39,483 nucleotides of DNA from Chrysochromulina tobinii (Eukaryota). The stretch's first letter is position 1. Each line of letters starts with the position of its first letter. Where the stretch lies: positions 1-39,483 of the forward strand of contig JWZX01003236.1 of assembly GCA_001275005.1 (NCBI GenBank). The letters run 5' to 3'. A model generated the notes under the pieces. That model was not told where the DNA came from and did no database searches. It saw only the letters and a program-made list of their open reading frames with translations. Of this stretch, positions 7,566 to 18,700 are shown one piece after another. The position numbers and the translations under genes are program-made.

Positions 7566-10216
7566 ATGAACGCACACGCGAGTAAAACGCTCGCGATGCT
7601 CTCGGCCATTTCCATCGCCTGCGGCCAGCACGCGGTCGCTCATAGCGATGAGCTCGTCGACCGGCTGCACAGCTCCAATCCCTTCTACGGCCGCCGGGCG
7701 CTGAATGCGACGCAGATTGACGAGCTAGTGGCGCGCACGGCGGCCGTCACAGACGCGCAGCGTCGAGCGGATGGCCACGAGGCGTGTGGATTGGACATCG
7801 CGCTTGCGTGGACGACCAAGCTCGGCGCATCAGTGTACGCGACCCCACTGCTCGTGCCGGGCAGGGCCGTGTGGGCGAGCACCTTTGTGCGGTTCGCCGA
7901 GGCGGTGGATGGCGTCGATGGGCACGAGAGGCCCGGTTGGCCATACGCGTTTGCGAGCTCGACGTTCCACACAAGCCCGCTCAGCTTCGACGTGGATGCC
8001 GACGGCATCAACGAGATGCTCCTCATTAATTTTGAGGGCGAAGTCGTCTTCCTGAGTGAGCGCGGGCTGCCGATGCGCGGTCGCGGCTTCAAGCTTCCCA
8101 AGCTGCGCGTGCGCAAGAATTGGTACGAGGGGCTGCACGACGTGCACACGATGCCATTCAAGCGCGTCGGCCACGGCCTCGTGCACCACGCCACCGAGGA
8201 GCAGGACGAGAGCGATGACAGCGCGTACGCTGGGCCCGACGCGAGCGCCGCGGGCACGGCGGCGGCGGCGGCTGCGCACTGGGCAGACGACGCGGCTCCA
8301 CAGGACATTGGGCCACACGGTGGTCTGAGCGCCGAGGCCGAAGCGTCCTTTGGTCTGCTCTTCGCGCACGAGCAGGGCGACGACGAGGCCCGAGCTCTTC
8401 GAGGAGGAGGGTGCACGCGTGGGCGCTGCCGCCGAGGATGACGAGCCGCGGCTGCGGCGCTGGGCTTCGGCTTACGAGGACGGGCAGACTCTGCGGCGGC
8501 TCGACGAGAGTGGTTACCTGTACGTCGATGCGCACGTGCTCTCAACGCCCACGCTCTCAGACATCGACGGCGACGGCGCGCTCGACCTCCTCGTCGCAGC
8601 GTCGTACTTCATTGAGGCGGCCTCGGCGGCACGGCTCGCGCGTCATGGAGTGATTATCGAGCGCGACAAGTACGTGGCGGGCGGCGTGCTCGCGCTTGAC
8701 CCTCGCACTGGCGCGGTCAAATGGTCCGTGCACCTCGATCTGACGACCGAGCTCACGAAGCTGCGCGCATGTGCGGCTGTGCACTCTCGATCCCATCGCT
8801 CCTGCGGCGCCTCATCACGCCTATGCCCTCGACCTTCCCCGCGTGCCTCAGCCCTCGCTCATGCTGCGACTCGCCCCTAACAGCGCGGCTCGGCCCCACC
8901 TTTTGCTCCCCATCGCCCTCTCACAGACATCTACACACCGGTGAGCGTGGCGGATCTCGACGGCGACGGCACACTCGAGGTGGCTGTGGGAACGTCCATG
9001 GGCTTCCTCTACGTTCTCTCGGCGGCGGACGGCAGGCTGCGTGATGGCTTCCCTGTTCAGATGAACGAGATACAGGGCCAGGTCGTCCCCGCGGACGTCG
9101 ATGGAGATGGAGCGCTCGAGCTCGTTGCCGTGGACGCCGCAGGCTCGGTGGCCGCATGGCGGCATGACGGCAGCCCTCTGTGGGAGGTGCAGGCCTCGTC
9201 GCTGAGCGTGCAGGGCGTGACGATCGTCTCGCTGCGCGACGATGGTGCGGTGCAGGTGGTCGTGCCGACGTCGGCGGGCGTGGTGCATATCTTTGAGGGC
9301 GCGACCGGTACCGAGTTGCGTACAGGATCGGGTGCTACCGGGTTCCCGCTGCGCACGGGCGGGCGCATCCTCTCATCGGTGCTCGCCGTGCATCTCTCGC
9401 CCCCTGAGCTCGCGCCTCCGCTGCTTGGGCGTGGCGCGGGCGTGGGCGGCGCCGACAGCGAGCTGCACCTCGTCTTTAGCTCCTTCGACGGCCACGTGTA
9501 CGTGGTGAATGCGCGCTCGGGGTGCTACGACCGGCTCGACCTCGGCGAGGATAGTTACACCCAGGTGATCGCTGATTGTGAATGATTGCGCCTGATGACC
9601 TCGTTGATTGCGCACCTCGATCTCGTACACCCAGGTGCTCGCTGACGACTTGACGGGCAACGGCATGCTCGACCTCCTCGTGAGCACGATGAATGGCCAC
9701 CTCTTCTGCTTCGAGACAGACACGCCGTGGACCCCGCTGCGCGCGTGGCGCTCGCAGGCCCAGGGGCGTAACGTCTTCCAGCCACGCGAGGGGTTCCAGG
9801 GCGTGGTCATCAGCGGTGTGCCGAGCGGCCGGCACGCGCCGCGCGCCGTCACGGGCGTGCGCTTCCCGCTCGAGATTGAGCTGCACGACGCGCGCCGCGT
9901 GCCGGGCACGCGCGTGCACCGGCTCGAGGTGCGCCTCGGGCGCGAGCTGCTGCTCAACCGCACGTACGAGTTGCGCGAGGGCACACAGCTCTTGGTCGTG
10001 CGTGAAGAGCTGCCGAGCCCCGCGCAGCCCTTCGAGGGCCTCCTCACGGTGCAGATGACAAATGAGCACGGCCAGTACTTTGAGGACGTGATCTCGATGA
10101 GCGTCAATGCGGGCTTCGAAAGCATCCTCAAGTATGTCACGCTGCTTCCCCTGGCGGCCGCAACGATCGCGATGACACTCGCGTCGATTGCGACGCGGAC
10201 GCCGTTGCCGATTTGA
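7566..10216 (+). CDS. DEX1-like (Defective in Exine Formation 1) FG-GAP-repeat membrane protein. Introns 8771-8926 and 9565-9634; apparent +1 frameshift near 8388
   Basis: N-terminal signal-like peptide, repeated DxDGDG motifs, YVDAHVLSTP, KWSVHLDLTT and GFPVQMNEIQGQVV, and a C-terminal TM segment. Splicing restores LRAYIYTPVSVADLDGDG and SYTQVLADDL, as in plant DEX1. Confidence 0.85.
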
Positions 10217-10560
10217 AGGACGACCGACATTTCTCGTGCAGCCATAGATTTTGAGAGATAGGTAGACTGACCTTTGACGCTTTCGAGCTCGAGTGAAAAC
10301 GAGTCTATTGCGGATATACGTAGAGTATGTATCGTATGTGGACCTATCGGGTGAATACAGCGCTCAGATGTACCACCTCGCCTCCCCACAACCCTCCACA
10401 CCTAGAGGTAGGCTTTCATGCTGACTTGGCCCGGCCTGGCTTGCAACTCGGCAACGCGCTACGCAGTGTGCTGCGCATCTGTTAAAGGGTAGCAGATGAC
10501 TCGAGCAGATGACCTACGGGTCGGGCCCGAGTCTTTCTGTCGGTGTGATGGACCGTCACA

Positions 10561-12708
10561 TCAGGCGTTGCGATTCGTCGGATCGACAAGCTTTGCAAAG
10601 GCGTTGGTGCCGCACGCAAGCACACGAAGGATGTCCTCTTCCGACTGCACGTACTTGAACGGCAAGGGCTCGAGCTTCCCGAGCGTGATCACCTCGGGAG
10701 GTCGGCCAGCTTGCGCATCGACTACCACCTTCGTCTCGGTCGTTCCCTCTCGGTCGCCACGAGCGACAAAGCAATGAGCCCCGAGGTAGAGGCCAAGGTC
10801 GATGGCGCGCAGCCGCATCAATCGGTTCAGAGTCCTCGTCCCTGTCCACGCAAGCCGCGCGAACGGGAGCTCTTCAGGGTGAGAGCACACGACCAGGTCG
10901 ATCCGATGGAGCTTGCCCGTGCGCGCACTGCGCCAGATGCCAAAGAACTTGTCGTGGTGGTCGTACTGGAGGTTCTCGAAACCCTTGCTCGACTCTTGGG
11001 CCATGTGGATCTGCCTCAGGTAAGGGCGCGGGTCGTCATGACGAGAGGCGACACACTTTCTGCTAAAGTACGCCTCGCCCTTGGGCAGCACACGCCCCTG
11101 CTCGACGAGAACGCCGAGCAGAATGTCGAGCACGAAGACCGGCCCTTGGCTACTCAGGAAGCTAGCCATCTCCTCCTTGTGCCACAAAAGGATGTCCACA
11201 TCGTGCCCTGCCCTCCCACGCGTGCGCCCGCCGCCCACAAGCTCGGCATGCCAGCCGGCGGCGCGCGGCACTCGAAGCGCGCGCACGGTCTCTCTCACCG
11301 TCTTGAGCATCTCGCACGCATCTTCGGCGGGCACGGGCTCCTGCAGCTGCTCGTGGAACCTGAGTGAGTGATCGAGCCTGTGGCCACCGTGCAGCTCGCG
11401 CACGATCTCCGGGCGATCTCGGAGCTGAGCGATCGAGCGGATGTTGCGCTCGTGGACCAACTTGATCGCAGTCATCGCGCTGATGCACAGCACCGACGAC
11501 AGCTCCACCTTCGCCGGCCCGTCAGTCATGGGCCTAGTGGCCTTGTGCTCATGCCGATGCGCCCACATGCGCACATTGCCCTCGCTGTCGAGCGGCGCCT
11601 CGCCACGTTCAAAGCGAGCCAGGGTGCGTTGGCAGGTGCCGGTCTGGAAGATCTCGACAATCTTCGTCGCATTCGACTTTCCTAAAAAGGGCTCCTCCAT
11701 CAACCGCTCGATCGTGCCCGTCCGCCCACGCGCTTGGAGCGACTCCCTCAGCGACCAAGAGAGACCCTTGACAACGGCCCTCGCACGCGCGTACTGAAGT
11801 GCTTCCGTGTTGGTTGCCTTGCACTCGGGGTCGGCCCAGTCGTCGCCCTGGCAGGCTAATTCGAACTTTTCGAGCTTGCGCAGCGCTTTTTCGAGCGCGC
11901 TGGTCCCAAACGGCCCAACGTCAGGGAAGGCCTTGCAGAGCATCTGCTCAACAGCGGTGAGCTCCTTACCAGCCGTGGCGTCCATTATGCAGGATGACGA
12001 CCCAATCGTGCGGGGGCGCTTCGCAAGTGTCACTCTGCTATCTTTCACGAGGCTGTCTTCGTCGCTGTCATACGCGGTCACCAGTTGGAGGCTTGCAGTT
12101 GGATGCGCCCTGTCGCCACCGCCATGCAGGAGCTCGCCGACCGCCACGCTCTCGTTGATCTGGCGCAGGAGAAGCAGCGTGCCGTCGGCGCACTGCACGA
12201 CCGCTGTCTTGCTTCGCTGCAGCTGCCTCGAAGCCTCCCGCACGTCGAGCGGCATCGGCTCACACGCCGCGCGCTGGTGTGGCTCTAAAGGGGCCGGCGG
12301 CAGCAGCGACGGCAGCGGCTCGGCTGTGTCGCCGTCATCGAGCAGAGGTGGCAACGGCATTGGCGACGCGACGTTCATAGCTGCCTCGAGCACGTGTGCT
12401 GGCATCACTCGTACAACGTGATCCCCCGTCATGTCCATGAGGACACGCACGCCAGGGTGCAGCAACGCCATACTCCCGGTTCTCACTGCGCTCAGGCTGC
12501 CATCTTCATTCTCGATACGCACAGAATTTCTGCCAATGCATTCAATGCGCACCTCGCCAGTCGCCTCAACATAAAGCCTGAGATGCTCTCGAGAAATTAC
12601 GAGCGGCAAGTCTTTGAAGTTCGACCGGCCAACGATCGCAGTGTCTTTCAACTCGGCGGTGGCTGACCAGCCAGCGGTGGTCTGAAAGACCTCGACAGTG
12701 TATCGCAT
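10561..12708 (-). CDS. Family X DNA polymerase (Pol mu/TdT-like) with N-terminal FHA domain
   Basis: 8-kDa/HhH-like region (PFLGKSNATKIVEIFQTG), catalytic GHDVDILL and RIDLVV, PFARLAWTG, C-terminal SEEDIL. The N-terminal IVGRS...ISREH...GRNS is an FHA pattern. Confidence 0.88.
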   Translation of the reverse strand: MRYTVEVFQTTAGWSATAELKDTAIVGRSNFKDLPLVISREHLRLYVEATGEVRIECIGRNSVRIENEDGSLSAVRTGSMALLHPGVRVLMDMTGDHVVRVMPAHVLEAAMNVASPMPLPPLLDDGDTAEPLPSLLPPAPLEPHQRAACEPMPLDVREASRQLQRSKTAVVQCADGTLLLLRQINESVAVGELLHGGGDRAHPTASLQLVTAYDSDEDSLVKDSRVTLAKRPRTIGSSSCIMDATAGKELTAVEQMLCKAFPDVGPFGTSALEKALRKLEKFELACQGDDWADPECKATNTEALQYARARAVVKGLSWSLRESLQARGRTGTIERLMEEPFLGKSNATKIVEIFQTGTCQRTLARFERGEAPLDSEGNVRMWAHRHEHKATRPMTDGPAKVELSSVLCISAMTAIKLVHERNIRSIAQLRDRPEIVRELHGGHRLDHSLRFHEQLQEPVPAEDACEMLKTVRETVRALRVPRAAGWHAELVGGGRTRGRAGHDVDILLWHKEEMASFLSSQGPVFVLDILLGVLVEQGRVLPKGEAYFSRKCVASRHDDPRPYLRQIHMAQESSKGFENLQYDHHDKFFGIWRSARTGKLHRIDLVVCSHPEELPFARLAWTGTRTLNRLMRLRAIDLGLYLGAHCFVARGDREGTTETKVVVDAQAGRPPEVITLGKLEPLPFKYVQSEEDILRVLACGTNAFAKLVDPTNRNA

Positions 12709-12848
12709 TTTGACGCGCGCGGCAAAGTTGCGCGCCGTTGTGAATGTGAATGCACCCCGATTACATGTACGTGAAGAAGAAATTCTTGCTACTGTGAATG
12801 AATGACATGACTCAATTCTCCCGCCGCAACGCGTCTTCGCGACTCGTC

Positions 12849-14447
12849 ATGCACGCGCCGCAGTCCATAATGATCGCAGCGGTCGCGCTGCTGGCGCTCG
12901 CGTTCCTGGAACTCATATTGCGTCGCCTTTTCAACCGTTATCTCTTGTCCCAGCTCCCCAAGCTACCAGGAGACAAGCTCACTCACGACGCGCTCGTGGC
13001 GGCGGGCCGCAGCGACTGGCCAGATGGCCTTGTGCAGCTTCCAAAGACGCATGGTGTGCTCGTCAGTGACCCGACCATCGCGTGGAAACTACTGCGGTGC
13101 GATGATGGGTCTGTGCGCCGCGATATGTCGGCCTACTCGCGCTTTGGATTCCTGGACGGCACGATGCTGATGCAGCTCCAGTCGACGCCTTCGCACAGGG
13201 CACTGCGCTCTGCTTTGCAGCAGCTCTTCAGCCCTGCGGCGACGCGGGCTGCGCATGCCGACTTGGTCTCGTGCACGGAGCGACTGCTCGATCGCATCGC
13301 GGCGCACGTGTCTTCTAAGGGTCGCGACGCTCCCGTGCCCGTCTATCGTCTCGTGCAGGAGTACGTACTCGATGTGACCGGCCGCGCCTTCCTTTCTTGC
13401 GTGATCAGCGATGCCGACAGCCGCCGTCTCATCGCCATCTTCGAGGAGTGGCTCGTCGCACCCCCCGAATCCGAGCCGAGGACGCCCTGGGCGCGCGGCG
13501 TTGCGTGTGCCCGAGCCTGGCTCTCGAGGACTGAGCCTCTCGAGCCGTCGCGGCTGCAGAAGACTTACGATGCCGTGCTGCGCCGTATCTGCGACGCGAT
13601 GGGCGCGGGCGCGGAGGGTGAAGGCACGACCAAGCCCGTGCGCTCCGTGGCCGCTGCGCTCTCAACAGCCCGCGAGGTGCCTGCAGGCGGCGCGCCAGAG
13701 GCGGCGGCGCACGACGCGGCGTCGTTTGAGGCCACAGTGAGGGACCAGACCGCGGGCTTATTGTTTGCCGGGCTCAACTCGGCCAGCGAGGTAAGAAGCC
13801 TGATACAGCTGCTCGCGGCGCATCCGGAGCTCCAGAGCACGGCGCGCGCCGAGGTGGACACTGCCCTCGCCGGTCGATCCCCTACCTATAGCGATCTGCA
13901 GCCCGAGGCCGCGGGCGCCGTGCCGAGCACCCTCGACTTTTGCCAACGGCTCGTGTACGAGTCGCTCCGCCTCGCGCCTGGCATCGAGCACCTGCGCCTT
14001 GTGACCACGCGACTCACTCGAGTGGGTGCGGGCTGCGCCAGCGGCAAGGGGGGTGGTGGCAGCGGCGGAAGTGGCGGTGGTGAAGGTGACGACGCCAGCA
14101 GCGATGGCAGCGGCAGCAGCAGGAGCGGTAGCAGCGTCGCCCGTCGCGGCGTGCTGTTGCCTACAGGCACTCGCCTCGTCGTGTCGCCCACTAGCATGCA
14201 CATGCACCCACGGCACTGGCCGCAGCCATGTGACGCGCCGCGGCCAGAGTTCTTCACTCGTGCCGCGCAGAAATCTCGCACTCCAGGCAGCTTCTTGCCC
14301 TTCTCGACTGGCGCCAAAGGCTGCCCCGCCAGCGGCTTCGCGCTGCATGAGATGCGCGTGCTGCTCGTGATGCTGCTGCAGCGCTTTGAGCTCGCTGGAG
14401 CGCCCGGTGGGGGCGTGCTGTGCACGCCGCGCGTCGTATCCAGCTGA
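12849..14447 (+). CDS. Cytochrome P450
   Basis: N-terminal TM anchor, K-helix ExxR (YESLRL), PERF-like PRPEFF and heme motif FSTGAKGCPA. The start may be 12798 or 12849. Confidence 0.9.
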   Translation: MHAPQSIMIAAVALLALAFLELILRRLFNRYLLSQLPKLPGDKLTHDALVAAGRSDWPDGLVQLPKTHGVLVSDPTIAWKLLRCDDGSVRRDMSAYSRFGFLDGTMLMQLQSTPSHRALRSALQQLFSPAATRAAHADLVSCTERLLDRIAAHVSSKGRDAPVPVYRLVQEYVLDVTGRAFLSCVISDADSRRLIAIFEEWLVAPPESEPRTPWARGVACARAWLSRTEPLEPSRLQKTYDAVLRRICDAMGAGAEGEGTTKPVRSVAAALSTAREVPAGGAPEAAAHDAASFEATVRDQTAGLLFAGLNSASEVRSLIQLLAAHPELQSTARAEVDTALAGRSPTYSDLQPEAAGAVPSTLDFCQRLVYESLRLAPGIEHLRLVTTRLTRVGAGCASGKGGGGSGGSGGGEGDDASSDGSGSSRSGSSVARRGVLLPTGTRLVVSPTSMHMHPRHWPQPCDAPRPEFFTRAAQKSRTPGSFLPFSTGAKGCPASGFALHEMRVLLVMLLQRFELAGAPGGGVLCTPRVVSS

Positions 14448-14680
14448 CGAGAATTTGTGCTCTTTCTTGTGGACGATGATTGTCCGGTCGTGTCCGGTGC
14501 GATCCGCGGGCGCTCGTCTCGCCGCCTCCCCTTCCATCTTGAACCGCCGCGCTGGGCGCAAATGGATTATTCGAAGCTCGTGCACTCAAAAATGGCGCCA
14601 TGGGTTCTAGATAGAAGGTTCAACATGCTTTGCAGTACATGCTAGGAGAAGGAAGAATACAGTTGTAGCACAGGCCCACA

Positions 14681-15424
14681 TCACGCCAGCCGTGCGATTC
14701 GGCCGCCCAAGGCCTCAAAAGCTTCCTCTTCAGAACGCGCATCCACGTGGAGGAGCAACAGGCGCTCCGATCGGCTCATGGACGTCCTACGGCGTTCGGC
14801 ATTGGGCTCGAACCAGTCCACAAAGCGCCTCTCTCCCGAGCACGAGATGAAGCCCTCTCCTGCGGCCATCAGCGCCTCGATGAGGGTGCGTCGGCCCGGC
14901 CTGCCGGGGTCGCCAATGACCACCTGCGAGCCAGCGTCGAGCGCTTCGATGCAACGAGCAGCGAGTCCCTCGGCCAGCGACTCTGTGTAGAGGACGTCGC
15001 TTGCCACGACGATATCGGCCGATGGCAGGGGTTCTGCGCCACATATGTTCAGGAGCTCTGTGGATACTTGCACGTGGTTCAACATGCTTGCCTGCTGTAT
15101 AAGTGCGAGCGACGATGAGTCAATATCTGTAGCTACCACCTTCTGTGCAGCACCGACCTTTGCCAACGCAAGAGAGACGAGTCCCGATCCACAACCCAGC
15201 TCGAGGGCTATTTCTGTGGCATTGAGGACCTCACAGTCTTCGGTGAGCCACCGCGCCAACCCAATCGACGAGCCCCAGAGGCGAGTCGCGTAGCTGCCAT
15301 CTACTTGGAGCAAATGCAGGTTGATTTCGTCATCCCTCCCAATCGCGATTGTCATGGCAGGGGCACCATTCCAGATCTGGAGGGACGCAGCTGCGTGCGC
15401 GAACAGAAGCAGTTTGTCCACCAT
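14681..15424 (-). CDS. SAM-dependent methyltransferase, family 16 (METTL21/EEF1AKMT-like)
   Basis: LWGSSIGLARWL, motif I ALELGCGSGLVSL, ATD and DIVVASDVLY. ATG at 15424; the track's upstream extension looks non-coding. Confidence 0.85.
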   Translation of the reverse strand: MVDKLLLFAHAAASLQIWNGAPAMTIAIGRDDEINLHLLQVDGSYATRLWGSSIGLARWLTEDCEVLNATEIALELGCGSGLVSLALAKVGAAQKVVATDIDSSSLALIQQASMLNHVQVSTELLNICGAEPLPSADIVVASDVLYTESLAEGLAARCIEALDAGSQVVIGDPGRPGRRTLIEALMAAGEGFISCSGERRFVDWFEPNAERRRTSMSRSERLLLLHVDARSEEEAFEALGGRIARLA

Positions 15425-15775
15425 GAAAAAATGTTCGCCTGTGGTGTCTTTTGGGTGTCGAATTCTTTCCTGTGAATAACAGCTCAATTTGCGTCTATTC
15501 TTTTCGGCGGGAGCAAGTGCTGACGATCGATTCAGTACCTTTTGTGTTTTTCTAGATTGGCATGCAAGAATCGGCTTTTCACCACCCACACCGAATTTTC
15601 TCCCCACGCCCCCCCAGAGGCACCCCCCGCCACCCGACACAGGCAGCGCACAAAGGCAGCGCCCGTCCCCTCCCTGTCCGGCACCCCCCAAATTCTGTGT
15701 TCAGAGCATGTTCTGTTCCCCCCGCATGAATTCCCCCCTCGTGTAAACCCGCGGGCGGTGCGTGTGTCGATTCTT

Positions 15776-18700
15776 ATGCGTACTCTTGGCCTATCGCTGG
15801 CACTATCGCTGACGCCACGCACGTCGCGTATTCTATTGTCCGCGCCCGCGCCGCCGACACCACCGCGGCGAAGTCTCGCCTCCGACTCCGGATCCCCGCT
15901 GGCGCCAACTTCCGCAGACGACGAGGTGTGGCTCGGCCCTGTGCAGGCACGCGAGTTGAGCGAAGGGCAGAAGAAGGTGGTGGCATACCGTCAGAAGTAC
16001 ATATGCGCTGGCTGCGAATGTTTGCTGCCGCCCAACCACCAGGTCGACCACATAAAGCCGCTTGCGCTTGGCGGGCACAATGGCCTCTCCAACTTGCAGG
16101 CGCTGTGCGTGCCCTGCCATGCCCGCAAGACCAAGGAGCAACGGAAGCTATTGCTCGCCTCGCGCTACGCCCGCGAGGCGGTGGCGCAAGGTAGTGCCGC
16201 TGCGAATGCGAGCACTGCGGGCGCTGCGGGCGCTGCTGCGGCGGCGGCGCCATGCGTCCGTGACCTCCACCATAGATGAGATCGCCATCTCCTCGCTCTC
16301 GCTGCTTCGCGGCATGAATCAGCAGCAGCTCGCGGCGGTGGTGTGTACCGACGGCCCCGTGCGCGTCGCGGCCGGGCCAGGCACGGGCAAAACGCGTGTC
16401 TTGACCGCGCGCATCGCTCATCTTGTACGAGAGGTGGCCGTCTCGCCGCGCCGGCTGCTGGCGGTGACGTTCACCAACAAGGCGGCACGCGAGTTGCGCG
16501 AGCGCGTGACAGCGCTCATCGGGCCTGGGGACGCGGATGCGATCACGATGGGCACGTTCCACAGCCTGTGTCTCGCCATGCTCCGCTCCGACGTCGAGCG
16601 GCTGCCCGAGGAGCTCGGGTACCGACGTGGCTTCACCGTTTATGACGAGGACTCCTCGCTCAAGCTCATGCAGAAGATCAAGTCCCGAGTCGAGGGCGGG
16701 AAGGCAACGGGCGCCGCCAAGCAGACGAGCGAGCAGGCGGCCAAGGAGGAGTTTTCCGCCGGCGCGGTGCAGTCGATCATCTCGGCCGCCAAGAACGACG
16801 GGTACGATGCCGCCACGTTCCGTGCGCAGCCGCCGCGTCGGCTGGCCGCCATGCCGACGGAGCAGCTCGCGTTGGTGGGGCGAGTGTTCACTGAGTATGA
16901 GGCGACGATGCGTGCCGAGAACACTGTCGACTTTGATGACATGCTCATCCTCGCCACCACGCTCCTGCGTACGAGCGAGCGCACGCGTCTCAAGTACTCA
17001 AGGCACTGGCAGCACATTTGCGTGGATGAGTTCCAGGACACCAACGGGCTGCAATACCAGGTCGTCTCGCTCCTCGGGCGCGACCATAAGAACGTCTTTG
17101 TCGTGGGCGATGCAGATCAGGCCATCTATGGCTGGCGCGGCGCCGACATCCGCAATCAGGCTCGCTTCGACTCGGAATTCGTCATCCGGCCGTTGCCGCA
17201 GCACGTGCCAGCGCGCCCGCTGCCCGCGTCCGCGTACGCGAGCGTCGACGCCCTCAAACAAGCGATCAGCGACTTGCCGTTGCCGCGGCTGCCACGCACG
17301 GGCGGCGGGCGGCGGCTCAACCTGGAGCTCAACTACCGTTCGCGCCAGGCGATTCTTGACGTGGCGCACAGCCTGCTGGCGCCCTCCTACGCACACGACC
17401 CCTCCGCACAGCTGCGATTGCTCTCGGCCACGACGGCCGCCCGCCTGGCCGCGCCATTCGTCGAAGTCGAGGCCAAGCCAGCGGACAGTCCGTCGAAGCG
17501 GCCAGAGCCCGCCCGTGACTTGGCTGCGGCTACGCCAGCGCCCGCCCATTCGAAGTTTCGTCATTCGAAGTTTCCGGACGAGGATGACGGCGGGGCGCGG
17601 CGGGGCGCGGCGGAGGCTGGCAAAGAGGCCGAGACTGGCGTGGAGGCATCCACACCCCTCGCATCCTCGACTGCCGAGGAGATGCGAGATGCAGTTCAGA
17701 TAGTGGCGGTCGAGGATGCGGAGCAAGAGGCCGATTTTGTCGTCGACCAGATCCTTCGGTTGCGCGATGGTCTCTCTCTGCGTGCGAACACGCCGCCGAC
17801 GCGCGCGCGTGCAAAGCCGCCGTCCATTGCCATCCTGTATCGTACGAATGCGCAGTCGATGGCTTTTGAGCGTCGTCTCGTGCGCGAAGGTGTGCCTTAC
17901 GTGCTGGCTGCGCAGCGCTCCTTTTACGCGCGGAAGGAGGTGCGCGATGCACTCAGCTACCTGCGCCTGCTGCGCTCGAACGACACCATCTCTCTCGAGC
18001 GCATCATCAACGTACCACCACGAAAGATCGGCGCCACCACGCTCGCGACGCTGCACGAGGCGGCGAACCAGCGACAGGCGAGTCTGTGGCAGGCGCTCGA
18101 GCTGTATGCGCTGGGCGACCCGCTGGGCGCTCCGGCTGGCGCATGCGCCGCTGTTGTGGAGGGGGCTGCTCCAGAGGCCGCCGCCGCTGTCGCGCCACTG
18201 CCCAAGATGAGCAAAGCGGCGACCGAGGCGCTGTGCCGCTTTTATGAGCTCATCATGCGCTTTCGCGCGCTCTCCTCCGCTGCGAGACCAGACGAAGGCA
18301 GCGACACGGGCAGGCCTACTGGCGGTGTGGCAGGCGAGCTCCGTGGCGGCGTTGAAGGCAAGCAGTGCGCTGAAGCGGAGGACGATCCGGTGAATCTGAA
18401 GCTCGTAAGCACCCAATTGCGCCGCCAATTCCAGACAGTGGACACCGCCGAGGCTATCGGTGTCCTCAGCGGCTATGGCGACACGACCGCTGGCAGGCAG
18501 CCAGTGGCCTCTGTGTCGGGCGGCGAGAGGGCCGCGGACCGGACGCGCAGCAGTATGAGCGCCGAGAGCTCCGACGGCCTCGCGGAAAAAGTATCTGGGT
18601 CAGAGGAGATCGGATCTGGCTCGGAGGAGATCGTGGCGAGCCCAACTGACTTGTCGAGCCTCTTTCGACTGCTGATGGTCGAATCCGGGTATGAGGCGCT

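Noticed and set aside
16200..16279. Programmed frameshift or stand-alone HNH gene upstream of UvrD
   Set aside because: A canonical 85-nt GT-AG intron explains the frame change more simply, and no slippery site is visible.
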